From Marsupella aquatica (lineage: Eukaryota; Plantae; Marchantiophyta), in contig OZ316892.1 of the NCBI GenBank assembly GCA_973895155.1, positions 6,190,847 through 6,254,846 of the forward strand: a stretch of 64,000 nucleotides of DNA. The letters are read 5' to 3'. The notes beneath the pieces were generated by a model. That model was not told the DNA's origin. It saw nothing but the letters and a program-made list of their open reading frames with translations, and did no database searches. A program made the position numbers and the translations under genes. Numbering within the stretch: the first letter of the stretch is position 1; every line of letters begins with the position of its first letter. Of this stretch, positions 38,101 through 50,403 are shown one piece after another.

Positions 38101-40558
38101 GGCTAGTACCTTCGTAATTTGTCCCGAAGAATTGTACCGTCACTTGATGCTGTTCAGAGATCTCTCTGTCTTCATTAATGTCTAACATGACAATTATATT
38201 TTAGTTCGTGCTTTAGTCTACTTTCAAGTCCCACAATAATTTGAAATTGATTCTATACTGACTTGTCAGTGCCAAATGTCTGCATTCTCGACGAACGCAC
38301 CAATGCGTACAGAAAAACTAATGCCTGACATGGGTCTCACTGGCAGGATTGTCTTTTCACCGCTGGTCAGGGACTCAAGAAATTTCCAGATAAATGGTTG
38401 ACTCCTATTCGTCCACGTATTTCGGAATTACTAGGTCCCAAGATCAATGGCCTTGTAAGGGACGTGACACATCTCTCGCTCAACGATAATTTGTTGGAAT
38501 CACTACCAACTAAACTAAAGGCACCCAAGCTGGAGGTCTTAATGCTGGCCAACAATGGGAACAGTAACCTAGTCATATCACCAGGTAATGCTAAACCTTT
38601 TTACCAGTTGCAATGCACGAACATTGACAATTACCCAGTTCAAAGCACAGTGGCATTGCTTCACGCCACAGCACACAATTTCGGTGATATTTGTCTGCTG
38701 ATTATTGGGGCCGGGTAGCACTTCCTCGCGCTTCCTTAACGACAAGGTCTATTTGAGCTAGACTTTTTTGTCCTTAGTAGAGCGTGCTGTTGGCATTGCA
38801 CTTTTTATAGTCATATCTTGCTTCTTGTTTTCTGGTGGATTTGGATTCAAATTTTCTGCAAGTTTTTGCGAATCGAATGAGTCTGAGCTAAGAAATGTGG
38901 TGAGTGGGCTTTCTCCCTTTCTCCAACCCGCCCCTCAACAGAATTGTAGTCAGTGATGAGGATCTCTTGCTCTTTGTATCTCTGTTGTTTAGTAATATGA
39001 GATAATCTAACATGATTGTGGACTTATTTTAATTTCACCAATTTTGTTTTGAGTAGGTTTTTTGGAGAGTTTCTCTAGCCTGAAGGTGCTCGACCTTGAG
39101 CACAGTACCATTCACTATTTGCCAGAGAGCTTGGAGAAGTTGACGAGCCTAGTGTACCTAGACCTATCATTTACGGAATTACTTAAGCTTCCACGGGGAC
39201 TTAGTAAACTGATCAAATTGGAAAACCTCAATTTACAAAATTGTTCCAAACTCGAGCCGTGGCCATTTGATGTTTCGTCACTGAAAAGCCTTTCTTCCCT
39301 CAACACAAGAGGATGTGGTGAACTCTGGAAACCCAAGCCAGGTATGTTTCCACTAAACCTTCCTTCATACATGAACTCTTTTTGTGGCTGGAGTGGTGTC
39401 CAGGCTGCTTTCCTCTCCATGGAATGATATATGTTTACATCTGGATGCTCTTTTGACAGGTTTTCGAGGCTCCAACGACGTTTTCGCACTTGACTCACTG
39501 CACAATCTGTGTTCCCTAACAGCACTTCGGAGCCTATTAATGAGTGGAGATCGTGAACATTTACCCTCCAAAATCTCATCCCTGGTCAACCTCCGCCACC
39601 TGAGTTTGTACTTCGGAAAACTCAGAAGACTACCAACAGAACTCCAAACCAGCAGCGGACCACAGCTCAGCAAACTCCAATCCCTTTGGCTTGACTATTG
39701 CCTGGCTTTATCTGAGCTACCCTCTTGGATAGACTCCCTATCACAGCTCGTCACTTTAAACCTTGTTTCTTGCATAAAGTTGAGATCCCTTCCGAATATT
39801 CACAAACTTCCGGGGCTCCAGAAACTAGATATTAGTTTTTGTACAGGTCTCCAACAGCTTCCTCTTGGATTCGCCTCCGCTACAGCTTTCCCAGCACTGA
39901 AGGTAAGACTATGAGAATCCTCATATCCTAGACATGTCAACATTCGTCCCGCTGCACGATTTTCCCATTCACTTACTGCAGGCCAAATGCATAAAGTTAT
40001 GAAGGAAGTATTGTATATGAATTATACTATTATGCATGACAACTGGATTACTTAGAACAGGATTTGGAAGATACCGAAGTCACCCGTTTTAACTGATTTC
40101 CCATTTTTTATGTACAGGAATTGTACATGGCAAATTGTGAAGGATTGCAAGAGTTTCCTGCTATTGAAGAGGGAGCCTTCCCACAACTCATGGTTCTTGA
40201 ACTCACTGGTTGTCCATTTCAGACTCTACCCAGATCTTTAAGTCTTCTACCCAAGCTCGTAAAGCTCAAACTCAATCTTTGTAGACGGCTCAAGAGTTTG
40301 AACGAATGCTTTAGATTACAAGCCAATGAGTCTAGGGATCCAACAAGCCAACAGCATGTGCATCAGACTCCGCCTTTCTTTACAAACCTACGAGATCTTG
40401 GATTGAAAGGGATACCATTGGAAAATCTTCCTAGTGATGTGGCAGCCTGTCCAAGCTTGACGACGATCGACCTCAGAGATACCCATGTTACGATTCCTGA
40501 AAGTCTGCAAATTCTGAAAGCAGAAGGGAGACTTAAAATATTGACGACGTCTGCATGA
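35165..40558 (+). CDS. RPW8-like CC-NB-ARC-LRR immune receptor (NLR), 8 exons, 1063 aa; join(35165..35393,35693..36597,37062..37196,37500..38015,38347..38584,39057..39341,39460..39902,40118..40558)
   Basis: All seven introns are GT-AG and phase-compatible; the total is 3192 nt and I saw no internal stop. The N-terminus IAGAVVGYAVSKLLDEVIK...LQKTLENIQPLV...YFNVFSRNKMARKIL resembles RPW8. P-loop GKGGIGKT, Walker B LLVLDDVW, RNBS-B GSKILVTTRN, RNBS-C LSDNDSLELF, CKGLPLAL, RNBS-D CFIYFAGFAED, MHD variant VHD, then many LxxLxL repeats. Confidence 0.93.
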
Positions 40559-43500
40559 ACCCATAATTTCAAAGCTTTTCCTCTACATGTTTATCACGAT
40601 GACTTTTTTTTCGTCACGATTGCGGTGTACCAAATTACAGAGTACTGTGGCTTCTCTGTTTCAAGTTGACTCGTGAGTCTGTGAGTACGCTGTTTTAATG
40701 AAATGACGAGCATTGAAAGGTCTGGCTCGGAGATATATTGATTCTGGACCCCGTTCTGGACACATGGCTGTGCGTAATTGAAAGCCCATTCTACATCAAC
40801 TGTATTCGTCTTTGTTCCATCTCCTTTCCTGCGGATTTTACGAACCGCAAATGTTGGCGGAGTACAGACCAGCCACATCAAGTTCCAGTCCAATTATTGT
40901 TGTTGACGAGTTCTTGAATTGGCCAATCCAAATGACGCCGAGCAGTTTCCGATAAATTACTATTGGGTGAAGGGACCTCACTGAATTTGCCACATCTCGC
41001 ATACCTGTCGTTCGCGTATCATATGCGTTGAGAGCAAGTTTATGATGTCGATCCTCCCCTCCTAGAAATCCGCACGGGGGAATCCGTAATGAACTGGAGT
41101 TGTCTTTCCTCGCTTATTCATCATTAGTACCATACCTTCCATGGACCCCAAAATCATCAAATTATGTGCGGTAAGTCTACAATCTCTATTTCGCATGATC
41201 ATTCTTCAGCTTCAACTTTTGTGGATGTTTAATTAAATTAGTATTGTGGCTGCATTCCGTGACTGAAAGCATCTCATCAAAACAAAAGTTTCAGTAACAA
41301 AAGTTGGCGATTAACAAGTTTCCACTACAACAGTGTCCCTCGAGTTGGACTGTGTAGATAATGTATCCCTAGATCAGTGCCAATTATGTTATAGTACTGA
41401 CTTTGTGTGTTTTAATTAGTGTTACTTAGCACAAGCCCGAAATTTACAGCAGCGTAGAGAGTGCTGCCTCAAAGTTCTCTCCCGTCATGCACCCTGCCAA
41501 ACAAATCGCTGCCTCTTGCACACATTTCACATTTCACAGCGGAAAGTGTGCATTTGAGCTCTCTGCTGCCCGTCAGCTGCCGCACACCCTCTAAAAATTA
41601 TGTCATGTTTTGTCAAGAACTTCGATCGTCTGATCAAATCCCACTTATGGGTGGCATTTGTGTCAAAAGGAATGTGCCAGCCCTGCAGGAGGATTCAAAC
41701 ACATCACCTTCACCTCCCCAATCAGATGGTCTGCCATAGTGACCGTAGCTGGCCTGCTGCACGGAATCGTGGTTCCAATTCTTAGAATTTAATTCCAAGT
41801 CACGTGCCCACGGCTCGAGCAACAACCGGCAGGCAGCAGGCTTAGACAGCCTGGCAGTGGAGTTAGTGCAGTTCCAGGAATCCATCGGCCCAAATTGTTT
41901 CATAGAGTACTTTTTGGGTGGAGCAGCATACCTCCAGTGTTCGCTGATCTATAATTGATCTTGTTGTCACACTGCGGATTAATCAATGAGTTCAGTGAAG
42001 CTCCACTGCACCACTGAAATGAAGCATGTTTTGCTTGCAACTTAAACCACCAGTGAAACAAGGGCAAATAACTGAAGTTAGTATAACTTTAGACTTTAAG
42101 TCTATTAATTTACTCTACAAAGAGAGCCCCGAAACTCTACACCAAACAACACTTAGTAGGATCTAAACATCACTATTGGCGTGCAACAAAGACTATATGA
42201 GTGTTCTAGCTTTAGTTCAAAAAGGCAAATCGAAACTGTAGTCCAGCGATTCATCAACCAAGAGAGAATTATCTTTCCAGAAGTAGACCAGGTTTAGGGA
42301 TTGTCGTCTCATTCTCAATTGGTTGTTGGATATGCTCACTGCAACCCAAGATAAAAGTGTTGCAAAGCAACCATTTGTGCATACAACTCCAGTTCATTGG
42401 CACAGTTGACGAGAGGCCTTCTAACTGTAAGTGAATGATTCAAAGTAGAGAATGGATGAGGCAATTGAGAATCACCGCAGGATAAAAATCTGAAGTTTTC
42501 TAAAATTGCGCGACAGATTGAATGTTGCACACAGAATCTGTGCAGATTAGGAGTAATGACGATCCTGATGAACAACAAAAATTATCAGCAAAATAAAACA
42601 TAGGGTTTGACTCTAAGCAGGAGCCGCATATTTAATTCTGAGGTAGAATTATTTGATTCTGAAGTAGAATAAAATTCTGTCCGATAAATATTTGCATTCA
42701 TACCACGAAGCTACTGGCCGGTCCTCTCTCGATCTAGTGAAAGCTGGAAACTCTACAGAGTGCCAGCTCCTGAGCTTGTTGCAGCACATTGGCTTCTCGC
42801 CTTTGCTTCTTTCTTGTGAACACAGATCGATGATCTCGAGATTTTCTGGTAATTTGGTTCAATCTTTTACTCTACGCAAATGACGCAAATGACGCAAACT
42901 ACCACTACAATGCAGGTGGTGGGGAATAGGTGAAAAAGGGTTGACGAAGGACATTAGAGAGAAGTGTGGTTCCTGCCATGGACTTGTTTTGCTATTGAGA
43001 TTTGTGATCTAACACGAAGGAGAGTAAATGGCCAGGTACGTTCGACTCTGTGAGAGGTACAAAGGAAGCCATGCCCAACGGCAAGAAATTGTCAATGCTC
43101 TATAATGTCGAGACATTGCGGATCGCGGTGCACAGTCATTGTAAAAGTGAGTATTCGGGGGTGGGCGACAACAATGGAACCAGGGAAGTCAAATTTCTAG
43201 GGGGCACTAAAGAGAGGGCGACGCTTTTGGGCGAATGGAATACAGTTTTGAGGGGATATGGGAGAAGGAAAGAAAGAAGGGAAAAAAAACCCTCCCAAAA
43301 ACACTTCACAACCGCTCATGGATGCGATGCCGCTGTAGCTGTAGCCAATCTCGCACCCTAAACTGAAGCATTTTGTTCCTGTCTTGTTGGCAGTTATATA
43401 CATGCAGCTCAATCCACAATTGAAACAATTATGATTTTGCAAACCGGCTTAAAGTATTGTTACATGGACTTGAAGTCAAGTGCTCCAAACTTAGTGTTAT

Positions 43501-44528
43501 TAAGAGTAACTTGAAAGTAACACTAATAGCAATTACATGTATAAGTTTGAAGGTGATAGGCTTGACGAGACCCCGAGTGATCCAGCTCGTTGATAGCCGT
43601 TAAATCATGGTTCCCAAAATCTGAGAGGTAGCACCAAGTAATTCTTTTCATTTTGGGGTCCCTCAACCAAATACCTCATGAAGCTTCTCTAGTCTGACGT
43701 ACTGGACTGGTTTGGGATGTGCAACAGACTGTGCGCACTATACGGTCAGGGAAATATATCGGTATGTTTTACTCGTATGCTGTATATTCTTCTAATGATG
43801 GCAATTCGACGGGATTCATACCGCCGCTGCCACTTGGAGCACAGTCCAAGGGATTTCAATACACATCCCGATCGCAGCAGTACCTGCAGCACGCTCGACA
43901 TCTTGGACCATGCACGATTCCTATCCGGAAGGATCTCACAATCACCTAGTTATATCAACTTCCAAGCGGACCAAGCAGCTGAAGTAATAATCGCCGAATA
44001 AATATTCTCAGTAGATTACTGCGCCGTGCCGCGCATTGAATAGTTTCTTTCTCATGAATTCAAAGGGACCACAGTATTGCCCCCTCCGAACGCTGAGTTG
44101 CTTAGTTTTCTCTGTGAAGCCTGATCCAAAGAAAATATACTAGTGCGCGCTGAGAATGCGAAGTTTAGAGTAGTTTCTCCCCGTTCTCAGTTTCACCAAA
44201 ACTGCTAGTATACATTATCTTAGCAGAATTCAACATGATTGTAGTATAAGGACACAGTCATATGTAGAAGGTAGAAGTACTCATCACATGGCGGTGAGCA
44301 AAATTGGTTGTCGCCAGAAACTGTGCTTTTCTTGGAGCATTGGGCACGAACCCCAGATTTCGATCGGGATTTCGATAAGACGGTCCTGTTTACTCGTTTG
44401 TACGACATGCATGGTTGATGTGTGAACAAGATACTTCGAATCTCGATCCATCTCCTTGAGTTCCCCTTCTCTTGCACTGCGCCTCGATTGCTGCCGAAGT
44501 GCTAGCCTGGGTGCCTAGCTACCGATCG

Positions 44529-47500
44529 ATGGAAGCGCCTAAAGCATTTATCGAAAGGCTTCGGAGGGAAAAGTTTTTCATTGGGGCAGCCGGTGGCCGC
44601 GCAAATCCATTAGCATTGGACTTGGATCGAGCCATCCAGCAACTGTCTGTGGAGCTCTATCAACATGATTTTCATTTTATTAAAGAGCTCATTCAGGTAT
44701 TCATGTCAAGTACCCCGTAAGCTAGTTTTAGTTGTCTGATCCATGCACGAGAAAACATGAGTCACTTCAATCTCAATGACCATGCCTATCTGCGCTGTTT
44801 AGAATGCAGAGGACAACTTATGCAGAAGATGTATGCCCCTCTCTCGAATTCAAGCGTTAGTCACTTCAATCTCAATGACCATGTCTGTCTGTGCTGTTTG
44901 TAGAATGCAGAGGACAACGCTTATGCAGAAGATGTATGCCCCTCTCTCGAATTTAAGCTGATAAAGGAGGACATTGCAAACGTTGGCGCTTCCGCAACGC
45001 TGCTAGTTCTCAATAATGAGTGCGGACTAACAAGAGCGGATGTTACAGCTCTATGCAGTGTTGGGGATTCCACAAAAGTAGGGAAATGAAACGAAGGATA
45101 TATTGGTTGCAAAGGTACGTGAACTAGCGAGTTTGGTGGTAATGTCCACTGAGCTTAGAAGCGTACAAGACTACTGCATATATTCGCATAGAGCTGAAAT
45201 GGTGGCCTGATATGAGCTAGAGTGAAAACTTTTAGTCGATTGAGGTGATGGTGTTGGCTTCCGGATTGAATGTGGGGGAATTCGGTTGATTTAAGGATGT
45301 CTGAAATTATGCCACATGTGGTTGAATGTGCTCAGGAGTCGGTTTTAAGTCCATTTTTATGATTTGCGAGACTGCCATGATCATCAGCAATGGGTATCGC
45401 TTACGTTTTCGGCAGACAGCTTCTAAAGAGGCTGGGATGGGATACATTGTACCCGAATGGATAGAATCTCCTACCGATGGTGCGATTGTGTCTGCAAGTG
45501 GACGTGGGAAACTACCCACAACAGTGATCATTCTTCCCATCCGTGATGACAAGGTAGACCTGGTTCGGAAGCAGCTCAAGGAGCTTTCTCCCGAAATGAT
45601 ATTGTTCTTAACACGTATCAGGGAGCTAAAGGTTGCAGACACGACCAAAACTGCAGTGGATTCTGTAGACTTCATGAGGATCACGCGCTCAAAACCAATG
45701 TCCGGTGTTAAGAGCGAGGTTTGTAAGTTCTTCGAAGTTACTTTAACCGTTGAAAGTTCAGCTTGCGCTGTTCCGGAAAAGCATCCATACCTAGTCTTTC
45801 AAAAATCGTACCCTGTCACTCACCCAGCCGAGGAGAGGAAAGAGATCCATGAGTGGATTGTTACTCTTGCTTTTCCTAAAGAAGCGCGGGTATCGTCTGG
45901 TCACGTCGGTGATGTGTTCTCTTTCCTACCGACGGAACTCAGAACAGGTTTTCCATTTATCATCAACGCAGATTTCCTCTTGACCACTTCGAGAGAAACT
46001 ATAAGGTTCGATAGCCCATGGAACCTTGGCATTCTTGACTGCGTTCCGGCTGCTTACAATATTTCATTTAAGATTTTGGTAGGCCGCGTCCAAATTTCAA
46101 GGGAAATTACTCGCACTTCGAAGCTATTGAATCCGAAGGATGCATACCAGTTTCTGCCCCACAACACCATTGAACACGCTTACAGATATAATTCTGCCGG
46201 TGCAGTGGAGAACCGACGACTGCGACAGAAACTTTGCCTCGAACCACAACAAGCTGCCAATCTCCATCAGCTGGAGAAGGTGAGAGCCGAGATTTTCAAA
46301 AGATTGCAGAAGTCTCCTGTGGTAATTGTGAGCATGGTCATTCATAATTATGGCTCGCAATGTACACCGGGAGATTCCCCACCTTCCAAGAGGATCTACA
46401 TTGCTGCAAACGCCTCCCGGCAAGTGAAGCCAAGTTTCCGTGATATTCTCAACAGCGCTGCCACAAGTAATCACCCAGCTCCTTTGGTGGTCATGAAAAG
46501 TTCAGATGGTACCAGGACTCAGGAGGGTAAGTTTTACGTGGTTGACGAATACATCCAGGAACGTTACGCCAATGGCCTGGTAGCCCTAGGGGTTCCCGAG
46601 ATGAATATGTCTGAGTACGAGACTTTCTTGATGGACTCAAAGTGGCTGTTGAATCTTCCAGGAAAGAACTACTTCCAAGTCCTGACATTTGCCGCATTTG
46701 AGATGAAGCTTTTTGATGGTGCAAACAACACTGCGAGAAAAAAGAAGTTTCGCCTGTTGAAGGTCAGAGTAGAGAAAGATAAGGTCAAACTGGCCACCTT
46801 CAATGATATAAGTGGAGTAACTGAGCTATTTTACTCATCTTTCAAAAAGGATTCGAAGTGGTTATCTAAATGGGTGGATGAATTCAGTGAGTGGTTTTCT
46901 CCTAGGGTCATGCCAACAGAAACTTCAAAGGCTTTGAAAGACGCAAGTAACAGGGATGCTCTGGTGTGGTGGATGAAGAAGCATGCCTCAGTTGAAGAAT
47001 TGACCGTCCGAACATTCTCTCAAAGGCTCATCGAGAACCTCGTGGTTGGCAAACTTAACTCCAAACATGCAACCAAAGGTGCAATCCTTGCGATGCAATT
47101 TCTCTACACAGCGATACATGAGAATTTCTTAAGTTGGAGTGACACAGTAGACCGATTAAGAAGTGCGTCGGAAGTGATTATAGTGGATCATACGGGCTCT
47201 CCACAACCCCGCCTACAACGCAGAGCCGCTATTGGCAATACAAGACCTAGATTCAAGATGCGAACTGTCCTCGTGCCACCAACACGAAGCAAGTGGTCGC
47301 TTGTCTTTTCCATTTCTCCAGGCTATGCAAACAAATACATAGTATTGTCCGATATGTATTTGGATCCAATATGCTCTCTTGCGGACATTGTCGTGAATAG
47401 GTCTCGCGGGCCATTTTCAATGCTTGGATTTATCAAGCAGTCCTTCAATGCTATCGACCTTCCACTCGTCCAGGTCCCAGCAGACGAGCATTTTCCATTC

Positions 47501-49117
47501 CTTCATCCTGTGACTATGGAAAAATCTCTATTGATACTGCAGTGGCTCAAAGAGTTCCTTCCAACCAGACGGAACAAAAAATCGGAGATTGATCTATTTC
47601 TTACGGACCTCAAGGCATTGCATTGGTTAAAAACAGTTCATCACGGATGGCAGCATGCATCTGCAGTATTCTTTTCTAATTCTTACTTTGAGGATCGTTT
47701 TACTGCACATGATCTTCCGTTTCTTGACACTGCTTATAGTCCTCTGGATCTCACCAATTTGGATGCTGGATTTGTCTTTGAGGAACTGGAAGTGGTCACC
47801 GACATGAGAGAGGGGTGTTCTTCTGTTGCGGAATATTTTTCCAGATGTCCGGCTGAATCACTAGACCAGACGGTTGTGAACCGGTTCTATGCATACCTCA
47901 ATGAATTTGGCTGGAGCAACGATGCCTGCAAACTTTTGAAAGTATGGATTCCTGCTAGTGGTACGAGCAAGCTTCCTACCTGGAGAGCTCCTGTGGAATG
48001 TGTAATAAGCGACGACCATGACATCTTCGAAGACAATGTTAGTCATGTCACAGTGCTGGACAAACTGTACGATCAGAACTTGCTGCCGTTCTTTTCTGAT
48101 GTGCTACGCGTTCCAAAACAGGCTTCAATTGATCTATGCTGCGAAATTTGGTTGAAATGGAGCTACAGAGCCAGCAACGCCTTCAATGAGGTGTCCAACA
48201 AAGGCGGTCATCTCACAATGCCCTTGTCTCTCAGGCGGGACAAAGTGCAATATGTGTTGAAGAAAATAGTCCAGAAGAATTGGCAAGAATGCAGCGAAGA
48301 GGATTGGAGGTCATTTCAATCTCGGGTAGGAGTCCCCCTCGCTCCAATGTCTAATGAACTGAGAATCAGCATAGTATCACCAAATCACGTTTTTATAATG
48401 GATGATCTTCTCTTATCTACGTCCTTTCGGAGAGCTGCAAAAGGGAAGCTCAACTTCATTTGGCTCCTTCCGGACTTATCAGCTGAGCAATTGGACGACC
48501 TCGTCAAATTGTATACAAAGATCGGAGTAAAGAAACTCTCCGAACATGTGAAATGTCATGTACATATTCCACCGAAAGTTTGGAGTACAACAATTCCTCC
48601 TGACGAGGGGCTCATCAAGGAGGGGTTACTCCGGAGTGTATTAGCCTATCTTTGTCATGCTGGGAAAGAGCACGATCTCTCGGTTACATGCAGGCAGAAG
48701 ATTCTGTCTCAGCTCATTTCAGCAACTGAGATCGTCGTCTCTGATCCTTTCGAGAAGCGCTTCCGTTTGGATGTCAAAATGTTGGTTTCCTCTGCAACTG
48801 TTACGAAATCGGCCTTTGCTTACTATGATCCACTGAATGGCAAACTGTATCACATCAGAAAGGATCATCCTCTCGTGCAAGCAGATGTAACAAAGAGGGA
48901 ATTCAATGCTCAGTTTGCGACAACCATCTCAACTGGCATTCTTCCTGACCGTCCGGCACTCGCACAAGGATTGACAATGTTGCTGAAGCTTCTCTGTGAT
49001 TCTGAGTTCGCCATGAAGTCTGTGACGTATGAACTTGATGCACAGCACCTCGTCATTTTTCCAGAAGATGAGAAGCTGCTGAAAGAGGGTATGAAAACCT
49101 GGATTCAAGCAGGCTGA
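44529..49117 (+). pseudogene. Sacsin/NO VEIN-like GHKL (HSP90-fold) ATPase gene, 3 exons join(44529..44696,44904..45114,45336..49117), ~1386 codons with a single premature TGA at 45087-45089
   Basis: MEAPKAFIERLRREKFFIG..NPL..DL..A...LSVELY..DFHFIKELIQ|NAEDNAY, NNECG, ALCSVGDSTK, YIGCK|GVGFKSIF, GYIVPEW, FSFLPT..TGFPFIINADFLLTTSRETI..DSPWNLGILDCVP, and C-terminal F.EDE.LL all match the plant sacsin/Nov-domain family. Splice phases are consistent. The in-frame TGA lies at codon 118; exon 3 is open for ~1260 codons. Confidence 0.85.
44760..44958. repeat. 100-bp tandem duplication of the intron-1 acceptor and start of exon 2
   Basis: agtcacttcaatctcaatgaccatg...ag|aatgcagaggacaac(gc)ttatgcagaagatgtatgcccctctctcgaatt occurs twice. 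The first copy lacks 2 nt. Confidence 0.92.
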
Positions 49118-50110
49118 TCAGTCTGCACTGGATGTACTTCTTTGCCTCGTACATATAAGGTTTCCTTCGGCATCTTTACGCAGAGTCTGCAATTAATTCA
49201 GACTCCGCACTCAATGTAAATCTTCCACGGGAGGATAAGTTCGGTATGCAGGGAACTCCCAGTTTAGCGGCGAGCTCCAGTCTTTATTATCCTGCAAAGA
49301 TGTTCGATTAGGCAATAGGGGATTGAGGATAACTGTTTGGCACAAAACGCGCTTAGACGTTTCGACGTTAGGATCATGAGATTTTTTGCCTACTGAGGAC
49401 ACGTACTCACAAAGTCAACATGGATCAATGCGCAAATTACATTCTAAAATAAGCATATTCTTCACATCACATCCGGGCCATTGATCCCCTCGTTGGATCG
49501 TTATTACTGACTCTATGCAATCGCTCAATTCGTCGCTCGTTTCACACTCAGCATGACGCACCATGTCAAGTGGGGTTGATCACCGCTGGTGGATGCAAAC
49601 TCTTCAGCTGGAAATTATTAAAACAAAACACTTTGCTAATAAAGGACCCACCGAGTGCCTGATGTATGAAAATGCTTCAGCTCCGCGGGAAATCAAAATC
49701 CACCAACTTTGCTAGTAAAGTACCCAAAGAGCACGTGCCTGATTTACGAACACCCGAAATCCCGAACACTCTTCATCTCTGCTGCAAATCAAACGAACAC
49801 CCACTTTGCTAAATAAAGGACCTGAAATTAAAAACCACCTACTTTGCTAATAAAGGACCCACCGATTCCAAGTACGCGAAAGAGCGAAGAGTCCAGAGAC
49901 GACCGAACTCGGAGAGGAACTTATCAGAGAGGCTGCAGTTGTTGGCAAGGAGAATGACCCACGTAGTAGTGATTTGCTTGATTCTCTGCTCTCCAGGTGT
50001 CTAGTTCCCGCACCCACTCTTTCGTCCTTTTTTCGTGTTAGCACGCCGCTGTCATACTGTCATACCGCCCAGAGCTGTGAATGATGCATGTGTCGTTAGA
50101 ATCGCGATCA

Positions 50111-50192
50111 CACGTGTAATTGCCAAATGTCCAATTTCCCCAACTGCTTCGTGTCTGGCTGCCGGTTGTGTCCCACTCTGCTCTCCTATATA
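50111..50192 (+). promoter_or_regulatory. ELIP copy 1 core promoter: G-box/ABRE-like CACGTG and TATA box
   Basis: CACGTG at 50111-50116 and TATATA at 50187-50192. Both are conserved with the same spacing in copy 2. Confidence 0.65.
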
Positions 50193-50403
50193 GCACAGCC
50201 AGGCTCTACTCCTCTACATCATCCAGCTTGTACTCAATTATTAGCTGTTCTTGACAAATTCTACTTCAGCTTTTTCTGCTAATCGATCACACCGAACTCG
50301 ATCAAAACTGTGGTTAGCCACTGAGTTTCTTCCTAGATCGATCAATTTCGTCCAACTCCAGCCACTGCAGAGGTTTTGTGTTGAACAATCAATCACGGCA
50401 ACG

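Noticed and set aside
40600-44500. Short ORFs between the NLR and the ATPase gene
   Set aside because: All are about 100 aa or shorter, with no motifs or supported splice structure.
50251-50403. 51-aa N-terminal extension of ELIP copy 1 in the ORF track
   Set aside because: It starts at TTG, lies in the probable 5' UTR, and is not conserved in frame in copy 2.
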